Below the pieces are notes generated by a model. That model was not told the origin of the DNA. It saw only the letters and a list, made by a program, of their open reading frames with translations, and did no database searches. Shown here in pieces: positions 50,086 to 61,800 of a DNA stretch of 64,000 nucleotides (positions within the stretch are counted from its first letter, which is position 1; each line of letters opens with the position of its first letter). Made by a program: the position numbers and the translations under genes. Origin of the DNA: Octopus sinensis (lineage: Eukaryota); the NCBI RefSeq assembly GCF_006345805.1, contig NC_042999.1:155620001-155684000 (forward strand), given 5' to 3'.

Positions 50086-51287
50086 CTGAAATAAACAAGG
50101 AATTTATTAAATACTTTTGACAACTACCATCAGACTGTTATAATATCTCCACAAACCTGAGACTATAATTTTGCCAGCAGAACCATTAGCAAGCTCAATA
50201 AAATGCTGAGTAGTGTTTCAGCCATTGTCTTTATGTTCTGTGTTCAAATTCTGCCATGGTCGACTTTGGCTTTCATCTTTTCAGGGTTGATGAAATAAGT
50301 TTTCGCTGAGCATTGGGGAGGGGGGGAGGTCAATCTAATGGACTTGCCCCCTCCACTGAACATGCTGGCCTTGTGCCAAAATTTGAAATCATTATTTCAC
50401 TACAAAATTTACCAACAAAAACAATTTCACGATGATGATGTCAACACCATCACCATCATCACTGTAGTATAATGTTCACTTTTTCATGCTTGCATGGGTC
50501 AGACGGAATTTTTGTTAAGGTAGTTTTAGTTGGCCGATGCCAGTGCTGCCTGACTGGCACCTGTGCCAGTGACACGTAAAAGGCACCATTTGAGCATGAC
50601 TGATGCCAGTGCCACCTGACTGGCACCCATACTGGTGACATGTAAAAAGCACCTACTACACTCTCGGAGTGGCTGGTGTTAGGAAGGGCATCCAGCTGTA
50701 GAAACCATGCCAAATCAGATTGGAGGCTGGTGCAGCCTCCTGGCTTGTCAGTCCTCAGTCAAACTGTCCAATCCATACCAGCATGGAAAGCAGATGTTAA
50801 ACAACAATGTAAATTTTTCATGGCTGAATGCCCTTCCTGTCACCAACCTTCACTTATTTCCAAATAAAGTAATATTTCTCCATGGCTGGATATTTTTTCA
50901 CAGGATATAGGAAACAAACTACACTGCTTGTAGGATGGTGGCACTCATTTACAACCTGATGTGCTATCAAAACAAGCTCCACCCCCACCCCCATGGCTTC
51001 TTTCATTTTAAAACAGGAAATTCATTTCAAAGAGCAAAGGCAGTCTTTAAGGTGAGTTGGTATTGAAAAGGTTAAATATAATTAAATTATAACAGAAAAT
51101 TTTGATTTATCCGAAAGCATGTGAAAACGTGACTTTGTTGTATCATGAAATTTTGGATGGTGTCAGGTGAATTTGAATAAAAAGTGTTAACATTAGACAT
51201 TGGTCAGTGGCATGATTGTCTCCCACCAACAGCACTATCGCTACGTAAAGGCTTAAAATAAAAACATAACTACAGCAACGAACTGAC

Positions 51288-51363
51288 CAGCTTTAATCTC
51301 TTTGTCTTCTTTCTCTCTGATCTGTTGTTCGTCTTCTGTAGGGTTTGCTACCTGCTGGTCTAC
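51288..51363 (-). CDS. MPRIP: MPRIP-like exon: VDQQVANPTEDEQQIREKEDKEIKA
   Basis: Acceptor GATATTTAG|, donor GCTG|GTCAGT, 76 nt, phase 0-1. The phase 1 end joins the next exon (G|CT = Ala). Confidence 0.75.
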
Positions 51364-52114
51364 CTAAATATCAAATGAACAAAAAAGGATTTAACATTAC
51401 ATAAGGAATAACAGAAACCTACTCAGGTACATACTCTGAATAAAAACCAAACAGTAAAGTTAATGCAATTTATGTAATTAATGTTGGTCACCAAGTTACT
51501 TAATTTTAATGAAAAACCTCACTGAGGAGAAATAATCATTAACTATCTCAGTGGTTCTCAAATTAAATTGTATTTCAAAATGTGAAAAGTACTAAGTGAA
51601 ATTTTAAATATGAAATCTTGCTCTACCGCACACCAGAGCTCTGAATACAGCATGCTCATCATCATCATCATTATAATGATTGCAGGCAAACTAATGGAGA
51701 GAATCACAAAAAAAAAAAAAAAAAATTCAAGAGAATAACAATAATGGGTCTCTCTCTCAACTGCTGTATTCATTCACCCTAATCGCTACTTTCCTCATCT
51801 CTTCACCAGTTTGTCTGCATAAGGGTAAACTCTTCATCCGAAGAATAAATATCATCAATGATTTCCTCAACTGTGAAGAGTTTAGGCCTTACTTGTTTAC
51901 CAGACAAAATGCTGGGTTCGTTACATGCTCACTTCATTGCAAGAAAAAAAAACAACAAAAAAATTTATTAGAAACAAAAGTAGGCAAAAGCTATGGGGAA
52001 ACATCATTAACAAAGAGTCAAACACAGCTGACTGCAAAGCTGTAATGTGGGTCAGTTGTCTATTTTAAGTGTTTTATCTTCTTTTTCTGTGTGTGTTGTC
52101 CATTACCACTTTAA

Positions 52115-52333
52115 CCCTTTAGTGTTCAGGTTATTCAATCAAACATAATGCCTATTGATTCCCATTGATTTGAATTAATCATGCATTATTTCATATCTTC
52201 AAGATTTTGATAGTGTAATTACTTAATGTAGAATAACATTGTAGGGTAGGTGTGAGAGCCTGGATATGGTCAGTTTGAGCATAAAACAGACTAGCTATTT
52301 TGGCCGGATATGGCCAGTTTAAATACTAAAGGG
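52115..52333. mobile_element. piggyBac-type MITE, family 2
   Basis: TTAA-CCCTTTAGTG...TACTAAAGGG-TTAA. Related copies at 45549-45761, 53755-53962 and a split copy at 18203-18510. Confidence 0.8.
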
Positions 52334-52497
52334 TTAATGGGAATCTAGCAGAGATTACATTGAGGCTCTTCTCACTACACCAGTAACATGGCATGATAGG
52401 ATTAAATGAAACATAGCAGAGTTATTTTAATTGAATGAGGGTTTGATGAAGAGGCATGAAAAATAATGAGCAGTAGGAGGGGATGTGTTGTAATTAC

Positions 52498-52623
52498 CTG
52501 GGTTGCTGGAGGAGTGGTGACATCTTCATTAGCATGTTCAAAATTACCAAGAATTGTGAAACTGACATCGGCTTCATTTATGACACCGTCTATCTTGTCT
52601 TCAGGAATCACTACTTCAGTATT
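52498..52623 (-). CDS. MPRIP: MPRIP-like exon: NTEVVIPEDKIDGVINEADVSFTILGNFEHANEDVTTPPATQ
   Basis: Acceptor TTGTCTCTTGTAG|, donor CAG|GTAATT, 126 nt, phase 0-0, open. No recognisable homology, so it may be alternatively spliced or lineage-specific. Confidence 0.62.
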
Positions 52624-53269
52624 CTACAAGAGACAATAACAATGTTGAGTAGATTCATAGAAATATTCATTAAATACAACAGAAAATAGTCTAATAAAGG
52701 GGCATATAAGCCCTTGACAGGGAAAAAGGCTTTCCTATCTGCATGGAGTCAAACCCACATCCCTTTGTTAATGCAACTAAGTGTGTTACCTTTACACCAG
52801 CAAATTAGCCTCCCCATTTCTATCAAATTTAAGAACTATAGTAGTTTGTTTTTATGTAAACAAACTTTTTAGATGCTTTTGGTGCAAATGGTTTTTTTGT
52901 ATGGCACCGAGTTTACAATCCTGTAAATAATAATGATGGTATTTTTATATAAGCTTAAAATCTTACAGTGATCACCATCAATGACTAAGGAAAATAGTCT
53001 AATAAAGGGGCATATAAGCCCTCAACAGAAAAGTGAAGGCTTTCCTATCCACATGGGAGTTGATATATACACTACAAATAGTGTAAAACTTAACTGCAGA
53101 AATCAACCAACATTTATATCAGCTAGTATTATTATATAGAAGTCATATATATATATATGGAATTATAAGTTCAGCAAATATTTAGATTCGAATGAATATG
53201 GTACTTAATTTAGATGCACCAGAATTTTGTATGGTGTTATCCATAAAAATTTGCAAGGTGATTATAATC

Positions 53270-53377
53270 AAAATAAGCAACAAGAATGACTCCGGTGATT
53301 TGGTACAATTGTTTTGCACTACATGTAGTGCAAAACAATTGTACCAAATTACTGGAGTCATTCTTGTTGCTTATTTT
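53270..53377. repeat. 108-bp loopless palindrome (two 54-bp arms, 2 mismatches)
   Basis: AAAATAAGCAAC...GCACTACA|TGTAGTGC...GTTGCTTATTTT, centred at 53323/53324. Confidence 0.95.
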
Positions 53378-54823
53378 TATGTATATATATAAAATATAGG
53401 CTAGGACTGTTAACAATGTCTGTCTTAACAGACTAACCTAGAGTTAAACAACAACAGGGTCCTATGATCAAAGCAATGGAGTATCAGTCCTTTTGTGTGC
53501 GTGCATGTGTGTTTCGTATTCGTTTTGGTTTCTTTGAAAATCTGAATGTTTTAGCTATTGTTGAATGCCTCTCCTTAAACTAATAGGAGGGGAAAATAAC
53601 ATGATTCGGCTAACTTCAAACAGAGAGAACTCTGTACATCACACACAAAATACACCAGTCATCTGTCAACTGTATCTTAATACCCTTCAGTGAATAGTGT
53701 TTGTGAGTTTTATAGAATGCAAATGATATGCATTAGTTTGGGTTTTCCATTTAACCCCTAAGCATTCAGGTTACTCTGTCAAATGTAATGCTTATTTATT
53801 CGCATTGTTTTTAATTTGTCATTGATCATCTCATAGCTTTGAGGTTTCAGTGATGTGATTGTTTATTTTTAGAATGACATTGTAGGGAAGGTGTGAGAGT
53901 CCAGATCTGGCTTCTCACATAAAACAATTAGAATATTTGAGCTGGATATGACTGGTTTAAAGGAAGTGGAAAGGTTGAATTGATTGAGCATCAGATTAAA
54001 TGCTTTGTGACATTTCTGGTTCTCCACATTCTGAGCTCAAATCCTGCTGAGGTACTTGATCTCAGCAGAAAGTAAAAACAAGGCGGCGAATAAAGTAAAA
54101 ACAAGGCAGTGAATAAAGGCGACAAGTTGGCAGAAACGTTAGCAAACCGGGCAAAATGCATAACGGTATTTCATCTCTTTACGTTCTGAGTTCAAATTCC
54201 GCCGAGGTTGACTTAGCCTTTTATCCTTCGGGGTAAATAAATTTAGTAACAGTTATGTACTGGGGTCAATGTAATTGACTTAATCCGTTTGTTCCATCTA
54301 TGTTTAACCCCTTGTGGGCAATAAAGAAATAAAAACAAGGACCAATTAAATACTGGGGTTGGTTTAATTGGCTAATTATTCCCCAAAAATTTCAGACTGT
54401 ATCTCCTGTATCAGAAACAATTATTTTGTCCCCCTCACAACTGGTGCTAAGCTGAAGTCCTGTCAAGACCTATTTTGCTCTTCAGCAGCTTCTTCCCCCA
54501 CTAGACATAAGGGTCTCAAGTCCTAGACTCCAAGGGCTGGTTACCTGGTTTCCATGGCATGTAAGTGACCAAGATCACAACATTCCCCTTCACAAGGTTA
54601 TGCAACATGAAACGAAGCATTTTGATCTGCTCCACCAGATCAGAGAAGTGAACCCTTTTTTAAAGATTGTGCGTGTAACACTAACCACTAAGCCATGTGC
54701 CTTCAACATTTCAGTATTTTGGGGGCCAGTAAAATAGATAATAATGATAAACCAAGGTTCAGTTTGAATGACAATACTAGCAGAGTATTTTTACCATAAA
54801 AACAAAAATAAAAAAATACTTAC

Positions 54824-54913
54824 GGAAGAACTTTGGAGATTTTCTTGGAATTGTTCGATTTTCTGAAGTAATTTACTGTCGGATATTTTTGATTTGACTT
54901 CATCAACTAAAGC
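54824..54913 (-). CDS. MPRIP: MPRIP-like exon: ALVDEVKSKISDSKLLQKIEQFQENLQSSS
   Basis: Acceptor TTTATTTTTTAG|, donor TCC|GTAAGT, 90 nt, phase 0-0, open. Confidence 0.8.
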
Positions 54914-55949
54914 CTAAAAAATAAACAAAAATATTGAATATTGTTTTGAAGTTAATCTTCAGGGACATCTTCATTACATTAAACAGCCTAAGGACACATG
55001 ACCATTACTTATATCAAGGGGACAACCTTCCACCTCACAACCATTAATTGCAGACAGCAGCAGCAACAACAACTAAAACCCCTCAAAGTTACTACAAACG
55101 GTGCAGGTGTGGCTGTGTGGTAAGAAGGTTACTATTCAACCACATGATTTTTGAGGTTCAGTCCCACTGTCTGGCACCTTGCACTACTTTTGGTATCTTT
55201 TGCCAAACAGCTATGTTACAGGGACGTAAACATACCAGCATCGGTTGTCAAGTGAGGTTGAGGGGACAAACACAGACATGCACATATACATAAATACATA
55301 TATACGATGGGCTTCTTTTCAGTTTCCTCTATCAAATCCATTCACAAGGCTTTGGTCGGCCTGAGGCTATAGTAGAAGACACTTGCCCAAGGTGCCACGC
55401 AATGGGACTGAACCCAGACCATGTGGTTGGTAAGCAAGCTACTTACCACACAGCCACTCCTGTGCCTCTGTGTGTGTGTGTATATATATATGTGTGTATG
55501 TATATATAAGGTTAAGCATATTAAAAGGGGTCTGTGGGAAAACTTATCTAAGTACAAAGGGTCCTTGGTAGTGAAATGGTTGGGAACCACTGCACTATAG
55601 CCTCAGGCCAATCAAAGCCTTGTCAGTGGATCTTGTAGATGGAAACAAAGAAGAATATGCATGTGTGTTTGTCCCCCATCACTGCTTGACAACCAGTGTT
55701 GGTGTGTTTATGTCCTCATAACTTAGGTGACTGATAGAATAAGTACTAGGGTCGATTCATTCAACTAATTTTTTTCAGTGCCCCAGCTTGGCCACAGTCT
55801 AATGACAAACAAGTAAAAGACAAAAGATATCCAAAGCACCGATGTTTCCTTGCAACCCCACCCCACATATCACATTGCTAAGATGGTACCTCAAAGACTA
55901 GCTTTTCTGTTCAGTTGCTGACCCCCTACAAATCTCAAAATGGAAAAGA

Positions 55950-56420
55950 GAGTCCTACTTCCACAACCAGGCTGGGGCTAATGCAACTATAACACTTTAC
56001 ACTGTATCCAAAACAAATTAAGCCACCCCTGTCCAACACGCTATAAGCTCAGAGCGACAAATGGAACACCATCTACATTTATTGATACAACAGCAATTGC
56101 CAATTCTCTGAACTAGCCACCCCACCCATGTACACTCCCATCTCTCTTCCTAATGTCACCCCATCTGCAGTGTCTGGTATTGTCCTAACAGAAATTCTCT
56201 CCTTGTGCATAATTTTCCCTGAAGATCAGCCCCCATCACATTGGTCTGATGGGGGGGGGGAAGTTTGAGAAGTCCCAGGTTACTACTGCCCCAACAACCT
56301 AATCATGTCAATCTTGAAGAATCTAAGAATGTTGCTAGTGCTGCCCCTAATCACCTGAATCCAGTGATTCTTAAACAATGTTCCACATCTCACTGATGCA
56401 CCACAATGGATGTCGAGAAC
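55950..56420 (+). mobile_element. Highly decayed LINE remnant (possibly I/Jockey group)
   Basis: Short motifs NGTPSTFIDTTAIANSL and AAPNHLNPVILKQCS resemble pre-RT IAN.L and APGPD.I...LK motifs. Confidence 0.3.
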
Positions 56421-57202
56421 TATCACTGATCTTTTTGAAAAAAAAAATCATTTTTTTCAGAAAACGTCTTTAAAAAATAAATATTTAAGTCTCTAGAAAA
56501 TCCACATTAAAGGCCGTCTTTAAAACTGTGTCATTCATAATTTTCTTGTTATCAACGCAAATATAATTAATGAAACAAAGCCTGTTTCATACATTTTCCT
56601 AAATGTTTAACTTTCAAACAATTTGTTTCTTTATATTTCCTTAGGCAGCGAACCATTAACTTTTGATCTCCAGTCGGCCGTGATGTTGAAACAATTGAGA
56701 GCCGCAGCCCTAAGGAAACACATAAACACTGCTCAGAAGTAGAATTGAAGTCATCACCCATTTATGAATACTTCTTTACAAACAACCACAAACTAGGGTC
56801 ATTTAATTAAGCTCATGTTTCAATATATACCCTATTTAACATACTTCACATCTTAATGAATCATATTTTATTCATCACTGAATTGAACTTGTTAACACTA
56901 AACAAAAATCTCATTTGGTTTTACAGTTTGAATATACAAATAAACTCCATGTTTTACAAGGTGCAGCAGAAAAACCTCCCGTAATTTACGAGACTATTGA
57001 TGTGGCCTTTGTGAAGAGAGACAAAGGGTAATGGTGCCTTCATGTGGCTAATGTTTGACCATTCAGGTCTGGACTGGTGAACACTGTTTGCTGTTGAAAT
57101 GTTTGTCATCTGTATATTTTGGGAAGTCGGGGGTGGGTGCCAGTTATTTAATTATACTAATTGATTAGTGATGTATCAATGCATTCATTTGTATATATTG
57201 TC

Positions 57203-57573
57203 ATGGCACTGTCGGTTACAATGAGGGTCCCAGTTGATCCGATCAATGGAACAGCCTGCTCCTGAAACGTGCAAGTGGCTGAACACTGCACAGACACGTG
57301 TACCCTTAACGTAGTTCTAGGGGAGATTCAGCGTGACACAGAGTGTGACAAGGCTGGCCCCTTTGAAATACAGGTACAACAGAAACAGGGAGAGAGAAAG
57401 TTGTGGTGAAAGAGTACAGCAGGGTTCATCACCCCCTCCCCTGCCCTGCTGGAGCCTTGTGGAGATTTAGGTGTTTTCGCTCAATAAACACTCACAACAC
57501 CTGGTCTGGGAATTGAAACCGCGATTCTACGACTGCAAGTCAGTTGCCCTAACCACTGGGCCATTGCGCCTCC
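57203..57573 (-). mobile_element. SINE family D
   Basis: tRNA-like head GGAGGCGCAATGGCCCAGTGGTTAGGG and tail GAGCAGGCTGTTCC..GATCGGATCAACTGG..GTAACCGAC. A tail-only copy lies at 58480-58585. Confidence 0.8.
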
Positions 57574-58199
57574 ATTGGATATACTACTGTATATATGAGA
57601 TGGAAGTTTCACATAGGCAGTAAGATTTGCTTGTTACATGTACATAGAATACAGAGAACATTTATAAGGAAACACTATCTGTTAAAGACATCTTGGCATG
57701 TAAATAATGATGCCCCAGCATGGCTATGGCTTTACTGGGACACAAATGAAATAAACGAAAAATGTACAAGAACATGAATGTGACACCAAGACCTTCAATT
57801 CTAATATTGGTAATTTGTGTATTTACCTAATGAAACACTCATGAATACGACAACCAGAGGAGGTTATTCTTTGATTTCAACATGGGTCATTATGCACTAC
57901 ATGGTAAATTTCCCTACATGCTAGATAATACTTTGTCTATTTTTTGCTTTTTTAATTCACCATGTCAATACTAAAATATTGAATAAATATATTTTCCTGT
58001 ATAATTTGTATTATCAATTGACTTTTAATTATATTCTGAGAAAAGAGTACTATTGTGAATACAAGTAACCAAAATAGGGTTCCTTTGGAAAATCCATAGA
58101 GTAATGTTACTCAAAAAAGTGCATAGCTCTGAGATTAGCGAATCTCTTCAGGTCAAGCTGCTACTTCTCTGTATTGAGGGGCCACAGTTCCAGAACTAT

Positions 58200-58410
58200 G
58201 AACATGTGATTGGAATGTAGCAGAAAAGAACTGCAAGAGATTTTTCAAGCTGAGCCAATTAGCAAGAGACCAAGGAGGAGACCAACAACGAGATGGTTGC
58301 ATCATGTCCAAAGTCTCAGTTGGTCATGCATGGGACTACAGCTGGAAAGTATGAGGACAGTTGCTTCTAATAGGACCAGATGGAGGAGGTACCTGAAGAC
58401 TCCACTCTCA
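58200..58410 (+). mobile_element. Older RTE-like LINE C-terminal remnant
   Basis: EIFQAEPISKRPRRRPTTRWLHHVQSLSW..ASNRTRWRRYL resembles the RTE G.RPRGRP..RW...A.DR..WR terminus. Confidence 0.55.
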
Positions 58411-58815
58411 TCTTCCCAGGAAAAGAGGGATGGATGATTGTATATTTTCTTATATTTTCAATATATTGTATATATTGTCGTGGTACTCTGTCAGTTACAA
58501 TGTGGGTTCCAGTTGATCCGATCAATAGAACAGCCTGCTCCTGAAACGTGCAAGTGGCTGAGCACTCCACAGTCACATGTACATTGTATATTCTCTTATA
58601 GTGAATGAAGGTAGGTAATTAAGCAAAGTTCCTATTATGAATCTAGGGAACCCAGCTGAAAAGTGTAATGATGGTGGCTTATTATAGGACTCTATGGAGG
58701 GGTTGCATGAGGACTCTACCCATGACTCTCCCAAGAATAGTGGGTGAAGAAAACAGATGTATGGATATACTGGAAAAGGTTGGGCTTTCATAAACTAAAT
58801 TCAGTTAATACTTAC

Positions 58816-61800
58816 ATTAAAATAATTTTTCTGTACAGCCATGTTTCGTGATAGTTGATTAACTTGATCCCGCAACTGAGCTTCAGTCTGATGTTCACTG
58901 GCCTGAATGGCACCAACAGCCGTTGTGATGTCCATTTTAACTTGTTCAAGCTCAGCTTCTCGTTCATCCACCATACAATCAAGTTCATCTTGTAAATGTG
59001 CAATCCTGTCTTCATACTCTGACACTAAAACATCTCTATCTTGATCTTTTTCTTTGATTATTTTACTCATTTTATTGCAGGTAGATGTAATTTCCTTTCT
59101 TATGCTATCTACATGGTTTTTATGCATATCGTTAACCGATTGGCATTCTTTTACAAAAACTACTTCCAAGTTTTCGATTTGCTTTCTGGCCCAATCACAT
59201 TCATTACAACCTTCTTGCACTCCCTGAGTTTCAAATTTTAAAGAATCAATCTCTCGTTTCAAGGCACTAATGACATTCTTTTCATCTCTGTGGTAATGTT
59301 CAATGATTTCTTCAAAGCCTTTTAACATGCCCTGCACATCCACCGAAGGCTGCTTGCTGTCCCGCAGTTGCAGGTCTTTAGCAGAGGACATGTTTGAGCT
59401 AAGTTTCATTTGACTCAACTCTTCACTGTATTCTAGTTTTAATTTTTCCATCAAGTAACACATCTGGGCTTGAAACACTGACTCCCGAATTACTTGTTGA
59501 GAAAAATTGGTCAAGCAATTAGGAAAATAATTTTCAGTAGACGAAACATAATCAAGAAGTTTTTTAATTTCTTGCACTTTCTGTTCATTCCCTGTTGTAT
59601 TTGATTGATTAAGTAACTCACGCAATGTCTGCTCCTTTAATTTGGCGTTGGTCTTTAGGACACCGCCTAATTTTTTCATTAAAGTTTCCCATCGACGTTC
59701 ATCATCAGATATACTAAGTTCCACACTTCGCTCTTCATGACTTTCAGAACTGGAGCCAAATTTATTTTCATACAATTCTGAAATATAAGTAAGCTGCCCT
59801 CGTATTGTTGCATTTAGTACTAACACATCAGCAAGCTCCACCAAGTGAGCCTTAATATTATCAACATAATCTTTGTCAGAGGCATCTCCTTGATGGTTTC
59901 CCTGTAATAAGCTTTGCATTGTTTTCATGAATGATTCTTGTTCGTTTAAGAGAGATTGGTGAATGATTTGGCATTTCCTAGATGTTGGCAAACTGAGGTC
60001 GAGCATTTCTTCGTACTGTTTGATATGACCTTGCAAAAGTCTGTGGACTTGACTAACTTCCAGGATCATATTTTGTTGCCCTGAAGACTGCTTCAAGATC
60101 TCCTGTATTTGATGGAGTTTTTTATCTTTATATTTACATACAAGGTCTTGACATAGTTTCTTCTCATCTTTTAATTTGACAAAAGCACTTTTTGATTCTT
60201 CAACAAAGAAATCAAAAGGCTTCTTGCTCATTTCCTGCGTAATTTGGTCCTTCAGATTTATAAGAGCGAAAGTCATCTCACCTTGTAATAGAACTTGTGC
60301 AGTGAAATGACCTGAAAACTTCTCAAGCTGATCTCCAAGATACTGGAACTGATGTTCCATGTACTCACAAGACAGAGTCCGCGAAATTGCTTCTATAGCC
60401 AGGCATGGAATTTCAGAAAGATCCTTGGTTTTTTCTGCAGGTTCAACTACTGGGCCCTGAGATCTCATGCTAGACATAAGATGACCTTCAACAATAATTT
60501 TCTGTGCCAACATTTCGACATAATTACAAAGAACTTGAGCATCATTATCCAAAGAACAGTCATCCAAGTCTTTTATGACTTTCTCCTTTAACTGAAGAAA
60601 TAATTGATTCACTTCATTTATTTCTTTCCAAAGTGGATCTGGGCAACGGTTACTGAGGTAATTGTTCTGAAGTAGGTGTGATAATTCACCAAGAACAACA
60701 ATTTGTAAAGCCAGTTTTTCAGCATAAATAACTATTTTTTGACTTGTGTCTTCACTGTTCTTTTCAATGGCTTCCCATTTTTCTTTAAGTTGTTTCTCAA
60801 TGGTAACTTTCTTCAAGTAGAGGGAACCCAAAATGTGCCATTCCTCTTTGGTTAAATTCTGCACATGTTGGATGTAACGAATCATGTAGCAGAGTTTGTC
60901 TTTGATTCTTGGAGTTAATTTATTTGTCTGTTGTTTTGTAGCAGCAGACTCGATTGCCCTCACTTCCTCATTTACATCAACTAACTTCTTCATAACTTGA
61001 CTCATACAATTATGAAAGGCCAACTTAACCTCGTCAAGAGTTCGTTTTTCAGGAAGTTCCGGTATCTCTTGTTTATCCTTTGTTAATTGTTCACTGAGGT
61101 GCAGCGTGGTTTCCTCACAGAGCTGTAAGCGTTGAACGAGAGAACCTTTCTTTGAAGGCTGCCAATTTGGACTATTCTTGTCGTATTTTGAAGGCAAACT
61201 ATGAAGTTTATTTGTGGAAGATATATGGTTGTTCATGTCTTGTATTGAAGACATATTGGGATCTGAAAACTCGTAATCTTCAGAATCAGAATTGAAACTG
61301 TCAGAGAGTTCTTGAGATGATTCACTCTGGTCTGAATCTTCAGAAGAATCGCTTTCTTCAAACTCATTCATCGATCGCAAAAGTTGTCTGCTTAGGACTC
61401 TAGAATGCAAATGTTGCGATTTCATCATATCTCCAACAAAAAGGATACGCTTTTCTAACTCCTCCAGTTTGCTTTCTATGTCCTTTGAAGACTCACTCAC
61501 TTGATGTGAGTCCGTCTCCATGTGTTTCACAGTTGAACCGAGTTTACTCGTGAGATCTTCAATTTTCCCTGACAGTATCTTTAATTTCAAGCTATAGTCA
61601 TCTTCTAGTTGTTTCACTCGCTCTCGAAGTGTCTGCTCTTCTACTTTTAAAAGGTTGAACTCGCTATATGCATCGTCAAGTTCTTTGAGCAAGTTCTTGT
61701 TTTCTTGCTTGGCCTGGTTCAGTTGTTGTTTAATGTCGTCGATATTACACGAGTCTTTTGCTGCAGAGCTAGAAGCGTCAGAGCCGGTCAAGGGAGGTAA

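Noticed and set aside
56567-56761. ORF MGDDFNSTSEQ... as an MPRIP exon
   Set aside because: No phase-compatible strong donor. RKYKETNCLK looks at most like a decayed Tc1 HTH fragment, too weak to call.
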